A DNA stretch of 64,000 bases from a virus, in IMG/VR virus record IMGVR_UViG_3300021963_000027, positions 120,182-184,181 of that record. One strand, 5' to 3'. Position numbers and translations under genes: made by a program. Positions within the stretch are counted from its first letter, which is position 1. Every line of letters starts with the position of its first letter. Below the pieces are notes generated by a model, which was not told where the DNA came from, ran no database searches, and was given only the letters and a program-made list of their open reading frames with translations. Shown here piece by piece: positions 37,361 to 48,146 of this stretch.

Positions 37361-39442
37361 TTATTTAACCAGAGATAATGATTGATAAAGTGTATCACGT
37401 AATACAATTCCCATTGTGAAGTCTTTGTAAGACGGTGTGGTGTATTCATTGAGAATATAATTACCGTTTTCATCCAAAATCGGGTCATTATCATTATCTC
37501 TAATGATGTTTTCCGTGGATAACATGTCATATAACGTATTATCTTTGATTATGGTGTTATCATACAGAGTATTGTCGAAAGTATCGACATATTCGAAAAA
37601 TAGATAATATTTTTCTATATCTCCAAATTGGAAAGTATCAGGTAATACCAACGGCCATCCCCAATTTTGATTGTAGGATGATAATGCATAGACAGTATTT
37701 GTGGTATATTCAACAGGCTGCTCAGTATTCAATAGGGAATATTTATTACTGAATTTTTCGAGTGCTACAATAGGAGTTCCAGCAGATACCACATAAGTAT
37801 TCGTGTTTATCTCATCTCCGAGATTGATACCGTATACACTCTTAGATGAATATCCTCTCAAATCGAAATTTTCTTTGAATTTGTTATTGATACCCAACAA
37901 TTTATTGTTGCTGATGGAAAAAAGATCCAAAATTCTTTTAATTTTTTCTGGATAAGTGAAAGAATTGTCCTCAAACACATTATTCGATGCGTTCAGCATT
38001 TTCATTTGTGAAATTAATGGGAATATCTCGTTCCTATCAACATCTTGAATATTCTGAACAAAATTTGTTATTTTTTCGTATATCTTCTTACCGAGAGTGT
38101 CATAAGATGAAGTCAATGTTCCAAATATAGACCCAATAAATTCATCAAACAGCATACTATCATCCAAAAGAAATTCTTGGAATCGTAAATCCTTGAACAT
38201 TTCAGTGGCATCGTAACTCTCATTCTTTTTCTCAATTGTTAAGAAATTCTGTGGATAAACATCAAATACAGATGTCTCACCATTCAAAGAGTATACACTA
38301 CCTTGAACTGATGATACTGATCCAGATACCGTGATTTTAACATCATTCATTTTGGTTGGTGATGTGAAACGTATGGTATTTCTCACTGCACCATTGAAAG
38401 AATCTTTAGCTGATATTGTATAATATTGAGATGAAATAACATCGTCTGAAGATAATACCGTATATACTAAGTTTGAAGCAGAAAGAGGTTTAAAATTCTT
38501 AACTGTAAAGTGTTCTGAATCTTTAACTTTAATAACAAAGGGAATATCGACGTTTGAAAACTTTTGAGAATCTATGTTGAACGAATCTTCCGCATAAAAT
38601 TCACCATCCATACCATTTGAGGTAACACTGAAATTATCCACTTCATTATTTTGAATGATATTAGCAGATAGAGATACTTTCAAATTGTTGTCCCATATGT
38701 TATTGTTTCTTTTATCAAAGAAAAGATCGATTTGCAACTTATTGACACTATCGTCTTTAAAATAGACTTGCTTGTTACCTGATAAACCAACATAAAACGC
38801 TGATACATCTGTAGAATTAGTCAATGTAATACTATTATTTGATATCTTAGCATACACTGGAACTGTATCTATTTCAATTTTATCAATCTCGATATATTCA
38901 TATTGTTTTTTTGTCTGATTGTATATTTTTTCAAAAAAAGAATATGTGTTTCTTAAATGTCTGAACTTATCTGGAGTATCTTGGAAATAATACTCACTGC
39001 CACTTCCGCTTATTCTGTAGAATATGGTGGAAGGAGTAACATTACTTGGGTAAGTTGCTGAAGCAATTAAAGGACCTGAAATCTTTCCATTTTTCCATGT
39101 AATGTTATCATAATACGATGCATCTTCAAAGTCTATTCTAAAGGTGTTTACCAAATAGTCTTTGATATCAACTGTTTTAATTGTATTTGATATAATAGCG
39201 TTTGAATAGCAATCGAAAATTGTTAGATTGGTATCATATTTTCCAGGCTTATCGTAATATTTGTTAGCAGTTAATGATGTGGAATATGTCCCATCACCGA
39301 AATCCCACAAAACTCTAATATATACAAAATTATTAACATTTGGTATAAATTTTAATGGTGTTTCCTTTAGAGCATATGCACTAAGAACTTGTTCGTTTTT
39401 GTAATCAACGATTTTAAAATCAAATTGTTGGTAATTACTCAT
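37361..39442 (-). CDS. Baseplate wedge-like protein with PKD domain
   Basis: WDFGDGT...KYYDKPGKY PKD motif; adjacent to gp6. Confidence 0.6.
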   Translation of the reverse strand: MSNYQQFDFKIVDYKNEQVLSAYALKETPLKFIPNVNNFVYIRVLWDFGDGTYSTSLTANKYYDKPGKYDTNLTIFDCYSNAIISNTIKTVDIKDYLVNTFRIDFEDASYYDNITWKNGKISGPLIASATYPSNVTPSTIFYRISGSGSEYYFQDTPDKFRHLRNTYSFFEKIYNQTKKQYEYIEIDKIEIDTVPVYAKISNNSITLTNSTDVSAFYVGLSGNKQVYFKDDSVNKLQIDLFFDKRNNNIWDNNLKVSLSANIIQNNEVDNFSVTSNGMDGEFYAEDSFNIDSQKFSNVDIPFVIKVKDSEHFTVKNFKPLSASNLVYTVLSSDDVISSQYYTISAKDSFNGAVRNTIRFTSPTKMNDVKITVSGSVSSVQGSVYSLNGETSVFDVYPQNFLTIEKKNESYDATEMFKDLRFQEFLLDDSMLFDEFIGSIFGTLTSSYDTLGKKIYEKITNFVQNIQDVDRNEIFPLISQMKMLNASNNVFEDNSFTYPEKIKRILDLFSISNNKLLGINNKFKENFDLRGYSSKSVYGINLGDEINTNTYVVSAGTPIVALEKFSNKYSLLNTEQPVEYTTNTVYALSSYNQNWGWPLVLPDTFQFGDIEKYYLFFEYVDTFDNTLYDNTIIKDNTLYDMLSTENIIRDNDNDPILDENGNYILNEYTTPSYKDFTMGIVLRDTLYQSLSLVK

Positions 39443-41240
39443 TTACTATTGAAATTTTTTGATATATTGATTGAGGATTGAAGAAGTAAGGGAATTTGAA
39501 GAATGGTAATGTCGTCGTTTGATTGATAATAAGATCATCAACATCCTCATAAATAGGATTCCATGATACGAATGAAATACCATTGAAGATCTCATTACCA
39601 TTTCTTGTTCTTATATTGGCGACTCCTTCCAAACTTAATATGTCCGATGTCAGCGATGAAATATCCAGCTTTTGCCCTAAGACATTTCTTGAACTATCGA
39701 AAAACGACAAGATGATATCGCCAACTTTCTTTTTCAAATTTTCAGGATTTGTTTTAGAATCGTTTCTACGAACAATTTCTAATTTACTCGTATCCAAGAC
39801 GCTTTTGTTAGCGACACCATTGGTAAATCCAATATCGAAAGCGACATAAATTGGATCACGAGGGACTACTTCATGGCTTAAAATTTTTCTATCTTTTGTT
39901 TTTTCAATAATCAAATTTTTCAAGCTATTTGATAGAAACGGTGGATATGTACCATCATCTTTTAGACTAAATTTGGGAACACAAAACACGTTTACATTAT
40001 TGAAGTCACAAGAATCTGCAAAATTTACTTGATTTATGATTACTCTGTTTGATTTATTGGGATCAACACAGATTTTGTAGAAATAGTCAATATAACTATC
40101 AATAAAAATTTTGTTATTGACAGTCTTAACAGAAGAAATGATATTCGATATCTCTTTGTTCAAGAAAGTATCATAATCATCCTCAGTTACCAATTTTATT
40201 TGAGAATTTAAATATTTGGGAACGTTGTTTTTGATTTGCTCAACACTTTCTGCTTCCGATATAGCAGTGGAATTGTCTGTATTGGTGAAATACAGAAACG
40301 AATTGTTTACAGAATCAATGACATTCTCACTGTTGGAAGTTGTGGTATCATTATAGATTTGAGTGAATATAGTGGAGTTGAAATTGAACAATTTGTTACC
40401 ATTGATAGCACCTTTGCTGATAATACCATTGATGTTATCACTCAGGATGTAATAAATTGCAACTTCATCACCAGATTCAATTTTTTTACCGAAAACACCA
40501 TTACCGAATTTGACTTCATAGAACCCTGAATCGTTCAGGCGAACACTGTAGTAACGATCATCGTTTTTAGCGAGGAAAATATTATCCAATTCTTGGTATT
40601 CATACCATTTACCATCACTCTGCTCTTTGACATACACACTGATAGTCCCATCAGCAATAAATCTGGTATCGTTGGTATCGACTCTATTAACTACTACAAT
40701 CGGGAGAGTTTCAAATTCATCACCATTTGCAGTGTATATTGGATATTCACCAACTGTGCCTTGATAAAGGATTAAATTATTTTTAATACTATCAATATCC
40801 TGAGAACCAGTAATTGATTTTTCAAAATTGAAATCTTCCAATATCGTGTATTGGATTTTATCAACCAAGAAATATCCATATTTTCTTAATGTGTAGTTAC
40901 CAACTCCCAAAGAATTGCTTGCCACACATGACACAGGAACTAGAGATGTTTGTTTACCAGTTGGTTTATACCCGATCAAATTTACGATTTTGTTGATGTT
41001 CTCATAAATCGTAGCTTGAGAGAACATACTCTCCGAAGCTGTCTGGTTCAAATAAAACAGTAAAACATGGTAACTAAAAGCGATGATATCAATAAAAGAA
41101 GCTAAGTTACTTCCCTCATAATTCTGATCAGTGAAATTAGAATTTTCATTCAATTTTTGAATGATGAAATCTTTGAGAGAAAGCGCATCGAAATTGATGT
41201 AAGCGTTTTTCGGTAAATTGTATTCAATAGATTCTTTCAT
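39435..41240 (-). CDS. gp6: Baseplate wedge subunit
   Basis: DQNYEGSNL..IDIIAF..H..FYLNQTASESMFSQA, YEVKFGNG.FGK, KLVTEDDY. Confidence 0.9.
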   Translation of the reverse strand: MKESIEYNLPKNAYINFDALSLKDFIIQKLNENSNFTDQNYEGSNLASFIDIIAFSYHVLLFYLNQTASESMFSQATIYENINKIVNLIGYKPTGKQTSLVPVSCVASNSLGVGNYTLRKYGYFLVDKIQYTILEDFNFEKSITGSQDIDSIKNNLILYQGTVGEYPIYTANGDEFETLPIVVVNRVDTNDTRFIADGTISVYVKEQSDGKWYEYQELDNIFLAKNDDRYYSVRLNDSGFYEVKFGNGVFGKKIESGDEVAIYYILSDNINGIISKGAINGNKLFNFNSTIFTQIYNDTTTSNSENVIDSVNNSFLYFTNTDNSTAISEAESVEQIKNNVPKYLNSQIKLVTEDDYDTFLNKEISNIISSVKTVNNKIFIDSYIDYFYKICVDPNKSNRVIINQVNFADSCDFNNVNVFCVPKFSLKDDGTYPPFLSNSLKNLIIEKTKDRKILSHEVVPRDPIYVAFDIGFTNGVANKSVLDTSKLEIVRRNDSKTNPENLKKKVGDIILSFFDSSRNVLGQKLDISSLTSDILSLEGVANIRTRNGNEIFNGISFVSWNPIYEDVDDLIINQTTTLPFFKFPYFFNPQSIYQKISIVNE

Positions 41241-41250
41241 TTTTTATTAT

Positions 41251-41736
41251 TTAGAGGATAGTGTAACCGATGGTATTTAATTTTGATTTGATACTTAAAC
41301 CTTCCACATCTAAAGATGGAATATTGATTTGTAGAAAAATTCGATATTCCTGTGCATCAGGATCAGCAAATACTGAAACATTTGTCACTGTAATTCTTGG
41401 TTCTAAAAGAGGTAATCTTCTTGAGATGTCATCTTCGATGATTTCTGAGGTATAATCATCCACAGGTTCAAACAAAAATCTTCTCAGATCAATACCAAAG
41501 GTAGGATTCAATATCTTTTGACCAGGTGCTGTCAAGAAACAATTAACAATACTATTTTTAATCGCTTCGACATCGAATATAGCTTGAATATCCTTCAAAT
41601 TCTCTTTTCTATTCAATTGGTTATTGTAAGAATAAGCTGGCTTGAGGTCAAAATCGACATCTTTATACAAATATCCTGAAGAATTTGCATTTTTCTGTGC
41701 TTTTGACTTTTGAAGAGATGATATTTTAATACTCAC
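41251..41736 (-). CDS. gp25: Baseplate wedge subunit
   Basis: YKDVDFD, AIKNSI.N.FLT.PGQK..NPTFG.DLRRFLFEP, EPRI. Confidence 0.9.
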   Translation of the reverse strand: MSIKISSLQKSKAQKNANSSGYLYKDVDFDLKPAYSYNNQLNRKENLKDIQAIFDVEAIKNSIVNCFLTAPGQKILNPTFGIDLRRFLFEPVDDYTSEIIEDDISRRLPLLEPRITVTNVSVFADPDAQEYRIFLQINIPSLDVEGLSIKSKLNTIGYTIL

Positions 41737-41767
41737 ATTATTATTTAATTGATGACTAAATAATCAT

Positions 41768-42892
41768 ATGCCTAAGATTTCCCAATATGATCCAGCGACA
41801 ACACCTCTATCTGGTGGTGAGACTTTTATTTTGAATCAAAGAGGGGTGACATATAATACTCCTTTAAGCTCTATCAAAAATTATACGGATACCACTTTCC
41901 GTGCTATTTCTGCTAATTATGCTAGAGTAAACGTTAATAATAATTTCTCAACGACTCAAACTTTTGCTACAAGCGCAATTAATATAGGCAGCTTGCCTAT
42001 TAGCGCGACACGTACAGATAGTTTTTTTGTCGGTAAGAATGCTGGTAGTGGTACTACAAATACAGTGCGTTCCAATTTCTTAGGAAGATATGCTGGTCAT
42101 TTAGCCGTAGATGCGGGTAATTCTAATTTCTTGGGTTATAAAGCTGGTTATTTCGCCGAAGATGCGAGTGATTCTAATTTCTTAGGTTATTATGCAGGTA
42201 GCGGTGCTATCAATGCATTTAATTCTAATTTCTTAGGTTATAATGCTGGTATTGAAGCTAACAATGCAAATAATTCCAATTTCTTAGGTGCTAATACTGG
42301 TTTCCAAGCTGATGATGCAAATAATTCCAATTTCTTAGGAAGATATGCTGGTAATTATGCTACCAATGCAAGTAATTCTAATTTTTTAGGTCAGAGGGCT
42401 GGTGAACGATGTGTTGATGCATTTAATTCTAATTTTTTAGGTCAGAGGGCTGGTGGAGGTAGCACTGGCATCTATGCTACCAATGCAAGTAATTCCAATT
42501 TCTTTGGTCTTGAGGCTGGTTATAAGGCTAAATATGCTGGTAATTCTAATTTCTTTGGTCAGAAGGCTGGTAGTGATGCTACCTATGCAAATAATTCTAA
42601 TTTTTTAGGTTATAATGCTGGTAGCGGTGCTACCAATGCGAATAATTCTATTTTCATAGGGTTGGATGCTGGTAGCGGTGCTACCAATGCGAATAATTCT
42701 ATCTTCATTGGTTCGAATTCTGGAGCATCTTTATCAGGTTGTATTGCTCTAGGCACGGGTGCTGTCCCCACCGCACGTAATCAATTTGTTCTTGGATCAT
42801 CATCAGTTCCTCTATCGACAGTAGACGGTGGCAATTCTTTAGTTATAAGAATAAATGGTAATCTCAAAAAGATAGCTTTGCTTTCTGTCTAA
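41768..42892 (+). CDS. Fibre/adhesin-like repeat protein
   Basis: Fibre-like N-terminus (KISQY..L.G.E) and about 13 units of a 17-aa SNFLGxxAG repeat. Confidence 0.7.
   Translation: MPKISQYDPATTPLSGGETFILNQRGVTYNTPLSSIKNYTDTTFRAISANYARVNVNNNFSTTQTFATSAINIGSLPISATRTDSFFVGKNAGSGTTNTVRSNFLGRYAGHLAVDAGNSNFLGYKAGYFAEDASDSNFLGYYAGSGAINAFNSNFLGYNAGIEANNANNSNFLGANTGFQADDANNSNFLGRYAGNYATNASNSNFLGQRAGERCVDAFNSNFLGQRAGGGSTGIYATNASNSNFFGLEAGYKAKYAGNSNFFGQKAGSDATYANNSNFLGYNAGSGATNANNSIFIGLDAGSGATNANNSIFIGSNSGASLSGCIALGTGAVPTARNQFVLGSSSVPLSTVDGGNSLVIRINGNLKKIALLSV
42070..42720 (+). repeat. Imperfect ~51-bp coding tandem repeat
   Basis: AATTC(T/C)AATTT(C/T)TTAGG...GCTGGT recurs with 17-codon periodicity. 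Confidence 0.85.
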
Positions 42893-42910
42893 TTTAGACT
42901 AAATCTTGAG

Positions 42911-43711
42911 ATGAAAGAAATATTTTTCGTTGGTGGACTACCAAGATCTGGTAGCACACTACTCATGAACTTATTGGCACAGAATGAAAATGTATTCTGT
43001 ACTCCTACCTCTGGTTTACCAAATCTATTAAATAATATCAAGGTTTCTTGGTCTAATATACTAGAACATCGTGCTGATAAAAATGCTTCTGCTGATGAAA
43101 ATTTGAAAAGAATACTCAATACAGTATTCAATAATTACCACAACACTGAAAAAACATATATCTTTGATAAGTCGAGAGCATGGGGTCATAATATAGAAAT
43201 GATCGAAACAATAACAGGTAAAAAAGTTAAAATTATTGCCCCTGTGAGAGACATTAAAGATGTTTTAGCTTCTTTCGAGTCTTTATATAGAAAAGGTTCA
43301 TATAAATTCCCACCTCAAGGTCCGATGCCTCAATGTGTGACAACTCAAGGTAGGGTGCAACACTGGGGTAGCCTACAAGGTGAAGTGGGATCGGCATATG
43401 CAATTCTACAAGATGCCTTTTTAAGAGGTTACAGCGATAGGTTTCTTTTGATTGATTATGATTACCTTACACATAATCCAAAATATGTTATGGATAGAGT
43501 TTGGGAATTTTTGGGTATTCCTAAAATTGAACACGATTTTGATAATATAGTCAATAAAACACCAGAGGACGATACAGTATATAATTACGTTGATTTACAT
43601 ACAATAAAAAATTCTATCATACCTTCTAATTCTAGAGCAAATGAGATTTTAGGAGAAGATATATGTAAAACATTAAAAGGTTACGAATTTTGGAAAAATT
43701 TAGCTAAATAA
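42911..43711 (+). CDS. Sulfotransferase
   Basis: PAPS-binding FFVGGLPRSGSTLL, FDKSR.W, VRD..DVLAS, I.YD.L..NP. Confidence 0.85.
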   Translation: MKEIFFVGGLPRSGSTLLMNLLAQNENVFCTPTSGLPNLLNNIKVSWSNILEHRADKNASADENLKRILNTVFNNYHNTEKTYIFDKSRAWGHNIEMIETITGKKVKIIAPVRDIKDVLASFESLYRKGSYKFPPQGPMPQCVTTQGRVQHWGSLQGEVGSAYAILQDAFLRGYSDRFLLIDYDYLTHNPKYVMDRVWEFLGIPKIEHDFDNIVNKTPEDDTVYNYVDLHTIKNSIIPSNSRANEILGEDICKTLKGYEFWKNLAK

Positions 43712-43715
43712 TAAT

Positions 43716-44081
43716 ATGTCATTATTAGGAGACAATACAATACCATTGCGAGTGCCAGTGCCAAAGAAGGTTAGACTGGAAAATACAACCAGACGTATTA
43801 AAGAATTATCAAAAAATTGCTTTAATAATTTGGTTAGAACCCAGAGAGATGGTATTGACATCATGTGGAATCATGAAAACTTAACTCCTCAAGAAATTAT
43901 CGATGAATTGGGAGTTGATGTATTCAAAGTTTTCCATTTTCACACTAAATTGACACAATTCATTTCAGAATTGGCACAATTTGATGGTTCTACTGTTGAA
44001 TTGAAATATCCAACTAATTCATTCGATATGGATGTTAATGCTGGAACTGTAACTATAACCAATCAACCATATCAACCATAA
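43716..44081 (+). CDS. Hypothetical protein
   Basis: 121-aa ORF after TAAATA. Confidence 0.75.
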   Translation: MSLLGDNTIPLRVPVPKKVRLENTTRRIKELSKNCFNNLVRTQRDGIDIMWNHENLTPQEIIDELGVDVFKVFHFHTKLTQFISELAQFDGSTVELKYPTNSFDMDVNAGTVTITNQPYQP

Positions 44082-44084
44082 TTT

Positions 44085-45119
44085 ATGAGAAAAAAACAAA
44101 CAACACTAGGAGATGTTTACGGGGAAATGCTTAAAAGCGTTAAAACCGTTGTGAATGAGAATGCTCAGGAAAATATCAACAAATCCAAAAAAATTCCTAA
44201 AATGTCGAAAAATGCATTCAATGATAAAATGGGTATCCAAAAAGGCGGACCGACAGAAGCAGATGGCTTCCATAAAGCATTGAACGATGATTATTGTGGT
44301 TGTGATGAAGAAGACAACGAAGAAAAACAATATGATAGAATTTCTGAAATCGAGGAAAAATTAAAAAATCCTAATCTATCCGATAAAGAAAAAGCTTCTC
44401 TTGAGAAAACTCTCAAAAATATGAAAAAAGATATGCAAAGAGAAGAAGCTGAAGAAAATATTGTTAAAGAATCTAAAAAAATTGCAAGAGAAAGACTAAA
44501 TACTTTTATGATGAAAAAATCTACATTTGATAAATTGTTTGAATCTGTTATGGGTGGTAGCGAAGATGCTGAAAACGCTGCATTGGGTCTTAGCAATGCT
44601 CCAACTGATGACGAATTCGGTGATGACATGGGTGATGAAGATATGGGCGATGAAGACATGGGTGATGAAGTTACCTTTACTCTCGACCGTGCTACTGCTC
44701 AGAAACTTCATGATGTTCTTATGGGCGTTCTTGGAGGTGAAGAAGACCTCGGTGACGAAGGAGATGATCTCGATTTCGATGTAGAAGGCGATGAAATGGA
44801 TGAAGAAGGCGATATGTATGACGACGAAGAGGAATACGACGAAGACGAACAAAACTTTTATCCTACCGATGAAGTTGGTAACGATGGAACGATTGGTGCT
44901 AAAAACTCCAAAGACGGTTCTCACAAACTTCAATCCAAAAACAACAAAGTTGGTGGTCGCCCACAACCTAAGAATCAAGGAACCAAAGTAACTGGAACCA
45001 CTGATAAAGTTGGTAACGATGGTGATTACGGTCATGCTCTGCATGGTGCAAAACAACCAAATTACGGTAAACAAAACAAAGTGTCTGATTTGAGACAGTC
45101 GGAAGACTTCTTCCGCTAA
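44085..45119 (+). CDS. Acidic putative prohead core/scaffold-like protein
   Basis: Highly acidic, DMGDE repeats, candidate cleavage motifs VVNE, IVKE, LFE. Confidence 0.55.
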   Translation: MRKKQTTLGDVYGEMLKSVKTVVNENAQENINKSKKIPKMSKNAFNDKMGIQKGGPTEADGFHKALNDDYCGCDEEDNEEKQYDRISEIEEKLKNPNLSDKEKASLEKTLKNMKKDMQREEAEENIVKESKKIARERLNTFMMKKSTFDKLFESVMGGSEDAENAALGLSNAPTDDEFGDDMGDEDMGDEDMGDEVTFTLDRATAQKLHDVLMGVLGGEEDLGDEGDDLDFDVEGDEMDEEGDMYDDEEEYDEDEQNFYPTDEVGNDGTIGAKNSKDGSHKLQSKNNKVGGRPQPKNQGTKVTGTTDKVGNDGDYGHALHGAKQPNYGKQNKVSDLRQSEDFFR

Positions 45120-45146
45120 TAATTTCTAGAAAAAAATAAACTCAAG

Positions 45147-45178
45147 AAGGGAGAATCGTGGTGATTCTCCCTTTTTTC
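45147..45178 (+). terminator. Rho-independent terminator
   Basis: AAGGGAGAATC...GATTCTCCCTT stem followed by a T-run. Confidence 0.8.
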
Positions 45179-45190
45179 TTAAATAGTAAT

Positions 45191-45550
45191 ATGGAATCTT
45201 TTCTGGAATTTTTCGAAAAACACAACGGTGTCATATTAGAATACCGCCACAAAGATGCTTTTGGGAATATCAAACAAAGTCTAGTCAATCCTGACAACAA
45301 AAAAGGTGGTAGTGATATTGTCCGTATGGTTAATAGAAAAAATATCTCAACTGAAGGACCATATCAAAAGATCAGAAGCAATGGTCAAATTTTGATTGGT
45401 GATGAATTATTAAAAGAGTTGGGATCTTTGGGTGGTATTGAATTTGAAGATGGCAAAGAAATCAAAAGAAAGAATTCCAATCAAGTTATAAAAATGTTTA
45501 CCAATCTTCATGGTCAACAATGCGGAAAAATAATAGAAATTAAAAAATAA
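45191..45550 (+). CDS. Hypothetical protein
   Basis: ATG 45191 after TAAATA; MESFLEFFE N-terminus. Confidence 0.7.
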   Translation: MESFLEFFEKHNGVILEYRHKDAFGNIKQSLVNPDNKKGGSDIVRMVNRKNISTEGPYQKIRSNGQILIGDELLKELGSLGGIEFEDGKEIKRKNSNQVIKMFTNLHGQQCGKIIEIKK

Positions 45551-46341
45551 TGGCTGGATGTCCAACAATACCTTTATCATGCTTAACACCTGAGAAAATT
45601 TTCGCTGGTGTATATCGTCCTAATTGTGGTGGATTCGCTGATCCATCTAATTTCCAAGCAGAAAGAGCAATTTTTAATTCTCAATTTGGAGAACTCATCA
45701 ATAACTATGGTGTAACAATTGGTTATATGGTCAATACTTTTGAACCAGACCAAATGAATTCTATTTATGGAGAACATACCACGATGTATTGGTTGAGTGC
45801 AATGGAAATCAAAGCATATATCCAAATGGAAAATGGTTCTCCAATTTATGCTTTGGCTGGTATGGACTCCCCCGATACTTTAACATTGTATTTACACATC
45901 GATGAATTTGAGACGAAATTCGGTTCTTTGAGTTATTTCCAAAATCATCCAGTAGAACCCAAATCACAGGACAAGATTATCGTTTATCCATTTGGATGTG
46001 ATAGACCTAATGGTAGAAGTGCTAAGATATTTGAAGTGACAGAGGCGATGGACGAAGATCAGTCAGAACTCAACCCTGCAATGGGTCATTATGTATGGAG
46101 ACTGAAAGCAGTTCGTAGTGAACACAATTTCACTACAAATGAACCTAGAGAAGCATTCAATCAACAAAATGCTGATAATTCTTACTTCGGTAAAATATCT
46201 TCAGTGTTGTTCCCTGAATTGTCCAGTGCTTTGAGTGCCAATAAGATCTATACGGAAAATTCCGATGATATTGTGAGAAATGAGATATTCCCACCATCTA
46301 CAGGAGGTAGTGATGGGAGTATATATGGTAATTACTTTTAA
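45550..46341 (+). CDS. gp14: Neck/head-completion protein
   Basis: IYGEH, KAYIQ, G.D..D.LTL, EPK..D.I, IFEVTE, YVWRL pattern resembling T4 gp14. Confidence 0.65.
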   Translation: MAGCPTIPLSCLTPEKIFAGVYRPNCGGFADPSNFQAERAIFNSQFGELINNYGVTIGYMVNTFEPDQMNSIYGEHTTMYWLSAMEIKAYIQMENGSPIYALAGMDSPDTLTLYLHIDEFETKFGSLSYFQNHPVEPKSQDKIIVYPFGCDRPNGRSAKIFEVTEAMDEDQSELNPAMGHYVWRLKAVRSEHNFTTNEPREAFNQQNADNSYFGKISSVLFPELSSALSANKIYTENSDDIVRNEIFPPSTGGSDGSIYGNYF

Positions 46342-46343
46342 TT

Positions 46344-48116
46344 ATGGCAGCTAAAAAGAAAAGACAGGAGTATATGGGTAATCCCAATCTCCCAACTGCT
46401 GATGCAGTGTTTGAATATACACCAGAAATGGTGATGGAGATAGAGAAGTGTAAGGAATCTCTTTTATATTTCGCATCAAATTACTTTTATATTATTGATC
46501 CCGATGAAGGTAAGAAAGTCATTCCTTTGTTTGATTATCAAGAGAGACTGTTAGAAGCTTTTGATGAACACCGATTCAATATTGTTCTATCATCGAGACA
46601 GAGTGGTAAAACGACGATTGCTACTGCATTGGCACTACACGAAGCTTGTTTCAAAGACCATAAAAACATCGTTATCGTTGCTAACAAAGAGGAAACTGCA
46701 AAAAACATCTTCAAACGAGTCCGACTTGCTTACATGGAATTGCCTAACTGGTTGAAGCCAGGTATTAAAAAATGGGGTGATACTGGATTGGAATTGGCTA
46801 ATGGTAGTAGTATTGAAATTTCAACCACCACTGGTAATGCTGCAAGGGGTAAAACAATTAACCTATTGTTGTTAGATGAGCTTGCTTTCATCGAACCAGA
46901 GAGTATTGTTGAAGATTTCTGGAGATCGGTATATCCCACAATTTCTCGTGCTAGAACATCTAGGATTCTTATCACATCAACTCCAAATGGTGTTGGTAAT
47001 CTATTCCATCGTCTATATATCGGTGCAACCAAAAAGGAAAACAGATTCCATTATGAGCGTATTGATTGGTGGGAAGTTCCAGGTCGTGACGAAGAGTGGA
47101 AACAAGAACAAATCAAAGATTTGGGTTCTTATGAAGCATTTAATCAGGAATATGGTAACGAATTCTTGGATAATAGCCAACAGTCGATTGACGAAGCATT
47201 ATTCGATAAATTAAAATCGGAATGTTCTGAACCAAAACATATTCTCAAAGATGGTCACTATAAAATTTGGGAAGAGTATGATCAGGAGAAAATATATGCC
47301 ATTGGTGGTGACGTTGCGGAAGGTGTCGGATTGGATGCATCTGTTTTGGAAATCTTTGATATTACCAATCCAAAAGAAATCGTGCAAGTTGCTGAATATG
47401 TCAACAATAAAATCGGTCCATCAGAATTCACAAATGTGGTCAATGAAATTTGTGGTCATTGGGGTAATCCTCTGCTACTCATAGAGAGAAACAACCAAGG
47501 ATCAGGTGTTTGTGATCGATTGGCAAACGAGTTCATGTATCAAAATCTGGTTTCTTGGGGTGCGAAAGAAGCACACAAAAACAAACAGAATGGTATGATT
47601 TCTCATATCAATACGAAATATAAAGCAGTGCTTAATATGCGATATTTCGTCAATGAAACAAGAGCAGTATCTTTCCGTTCGATAGATTGTTTGAAAGAAT
47701 TCAAAACATTTGTTCGATATTCAAATGGTTCTTGGAAAGCAAAAGCAGGAGAACATGACGATAGAGTTATGGCAACTGTTTGGATGCTCATGGCATTGTA
47801 TAATGATATCACCGAATTATATTTTGAAATTGATGAACTAGACGATTGTGATAAACCATTGGTTATCAAACCAATCGACCAAGGACTATTCAAATACAAA
47901 TCAGCCACATCCATTTATACGAATGAAGAAGTTGCTAAAATTGAAAATTCCAACTTAGCACCAATGCTTTTTAGTGGTTCAGGTTCAATGGCAGCTAGTG
48001 ACATGGCAGATTTGGAAGCACAGGGATGGTTCTTACCTGAAGGTTCTGTTTATTCCAATCCTGATAGGAATATTTCTTATGAGCAATGGGATGCAATGAA
48101 TAAATATTTCGGTTGA
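46344..48116 (+). CDS. gp17: Terminase large subunit
   Basis: LFDYQ, SRQSGKTT, LLLDE, TSTPNG, nuclease GGDVAEG, HDD.VM. Confidence 0.97.
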   Translation: MAAKKKRQEYMGNPNLPTADAVFEYTPEMVMEIEKCKESLLYFASNYFYIIDPDEGKKVIPLFDYQERLLEAFDEHRFNIVLSSRQSGKTTIATALALHEACFKDHKNIVIVANKEETAKNIFKRVRLAYMELPNWLKPGIKKWGDTGLELANGSSIEISTTTGNAARGKTINLLLLDELAFIEPESIVEDFWRSVYPTISRARTSRILITSTPNGVGNLFHRLYIGATKKENRFHYERIDWWEVPGRDEEWKQEQIKDLGSYEAFNQEYGNEFLDNSQQSIDEALFDKLKSECSEPKHILKDGHYKIWEEYDQEKIYAIGGDVAEGVGLDASVLEIFDITNPKEIVQVAEYVNNKIGPSEFTNVVNEICGHWGNPLLLIERNNQGSGVCDRLANEFMYQNLVSWGAKEAHKNKQNGMISHINTKYKAVLNMRYFVNETRAVSFRSIDCLKEFKTFVRYSNGSWKAKAGEHDDRVMATVWMLMALYNDITELYFEIDELDDCDKPLVIKPIDQGLFKYKSATSIYTNEEVAKIENSNLAPMLFSGSGSMAASDMADLEAQGWFLPEGSVYSNPDRNISYEQWDAMNKYFG

Positions 48117-48146
48117 AATTCATCATCGTGATGATAATATCATTAT

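Noticed and set aside
42070-42720. Possible CRISPR-like or DGR repeat array
   Set aside because: The degenerate repeats keep codon periodicity inside one ORF; no cas or RT gene is present.
46344-48116. Intein or intron in the terminase gene
   Set aside because: The length is normal, motifs are contiguous, and no Hint signature is present.
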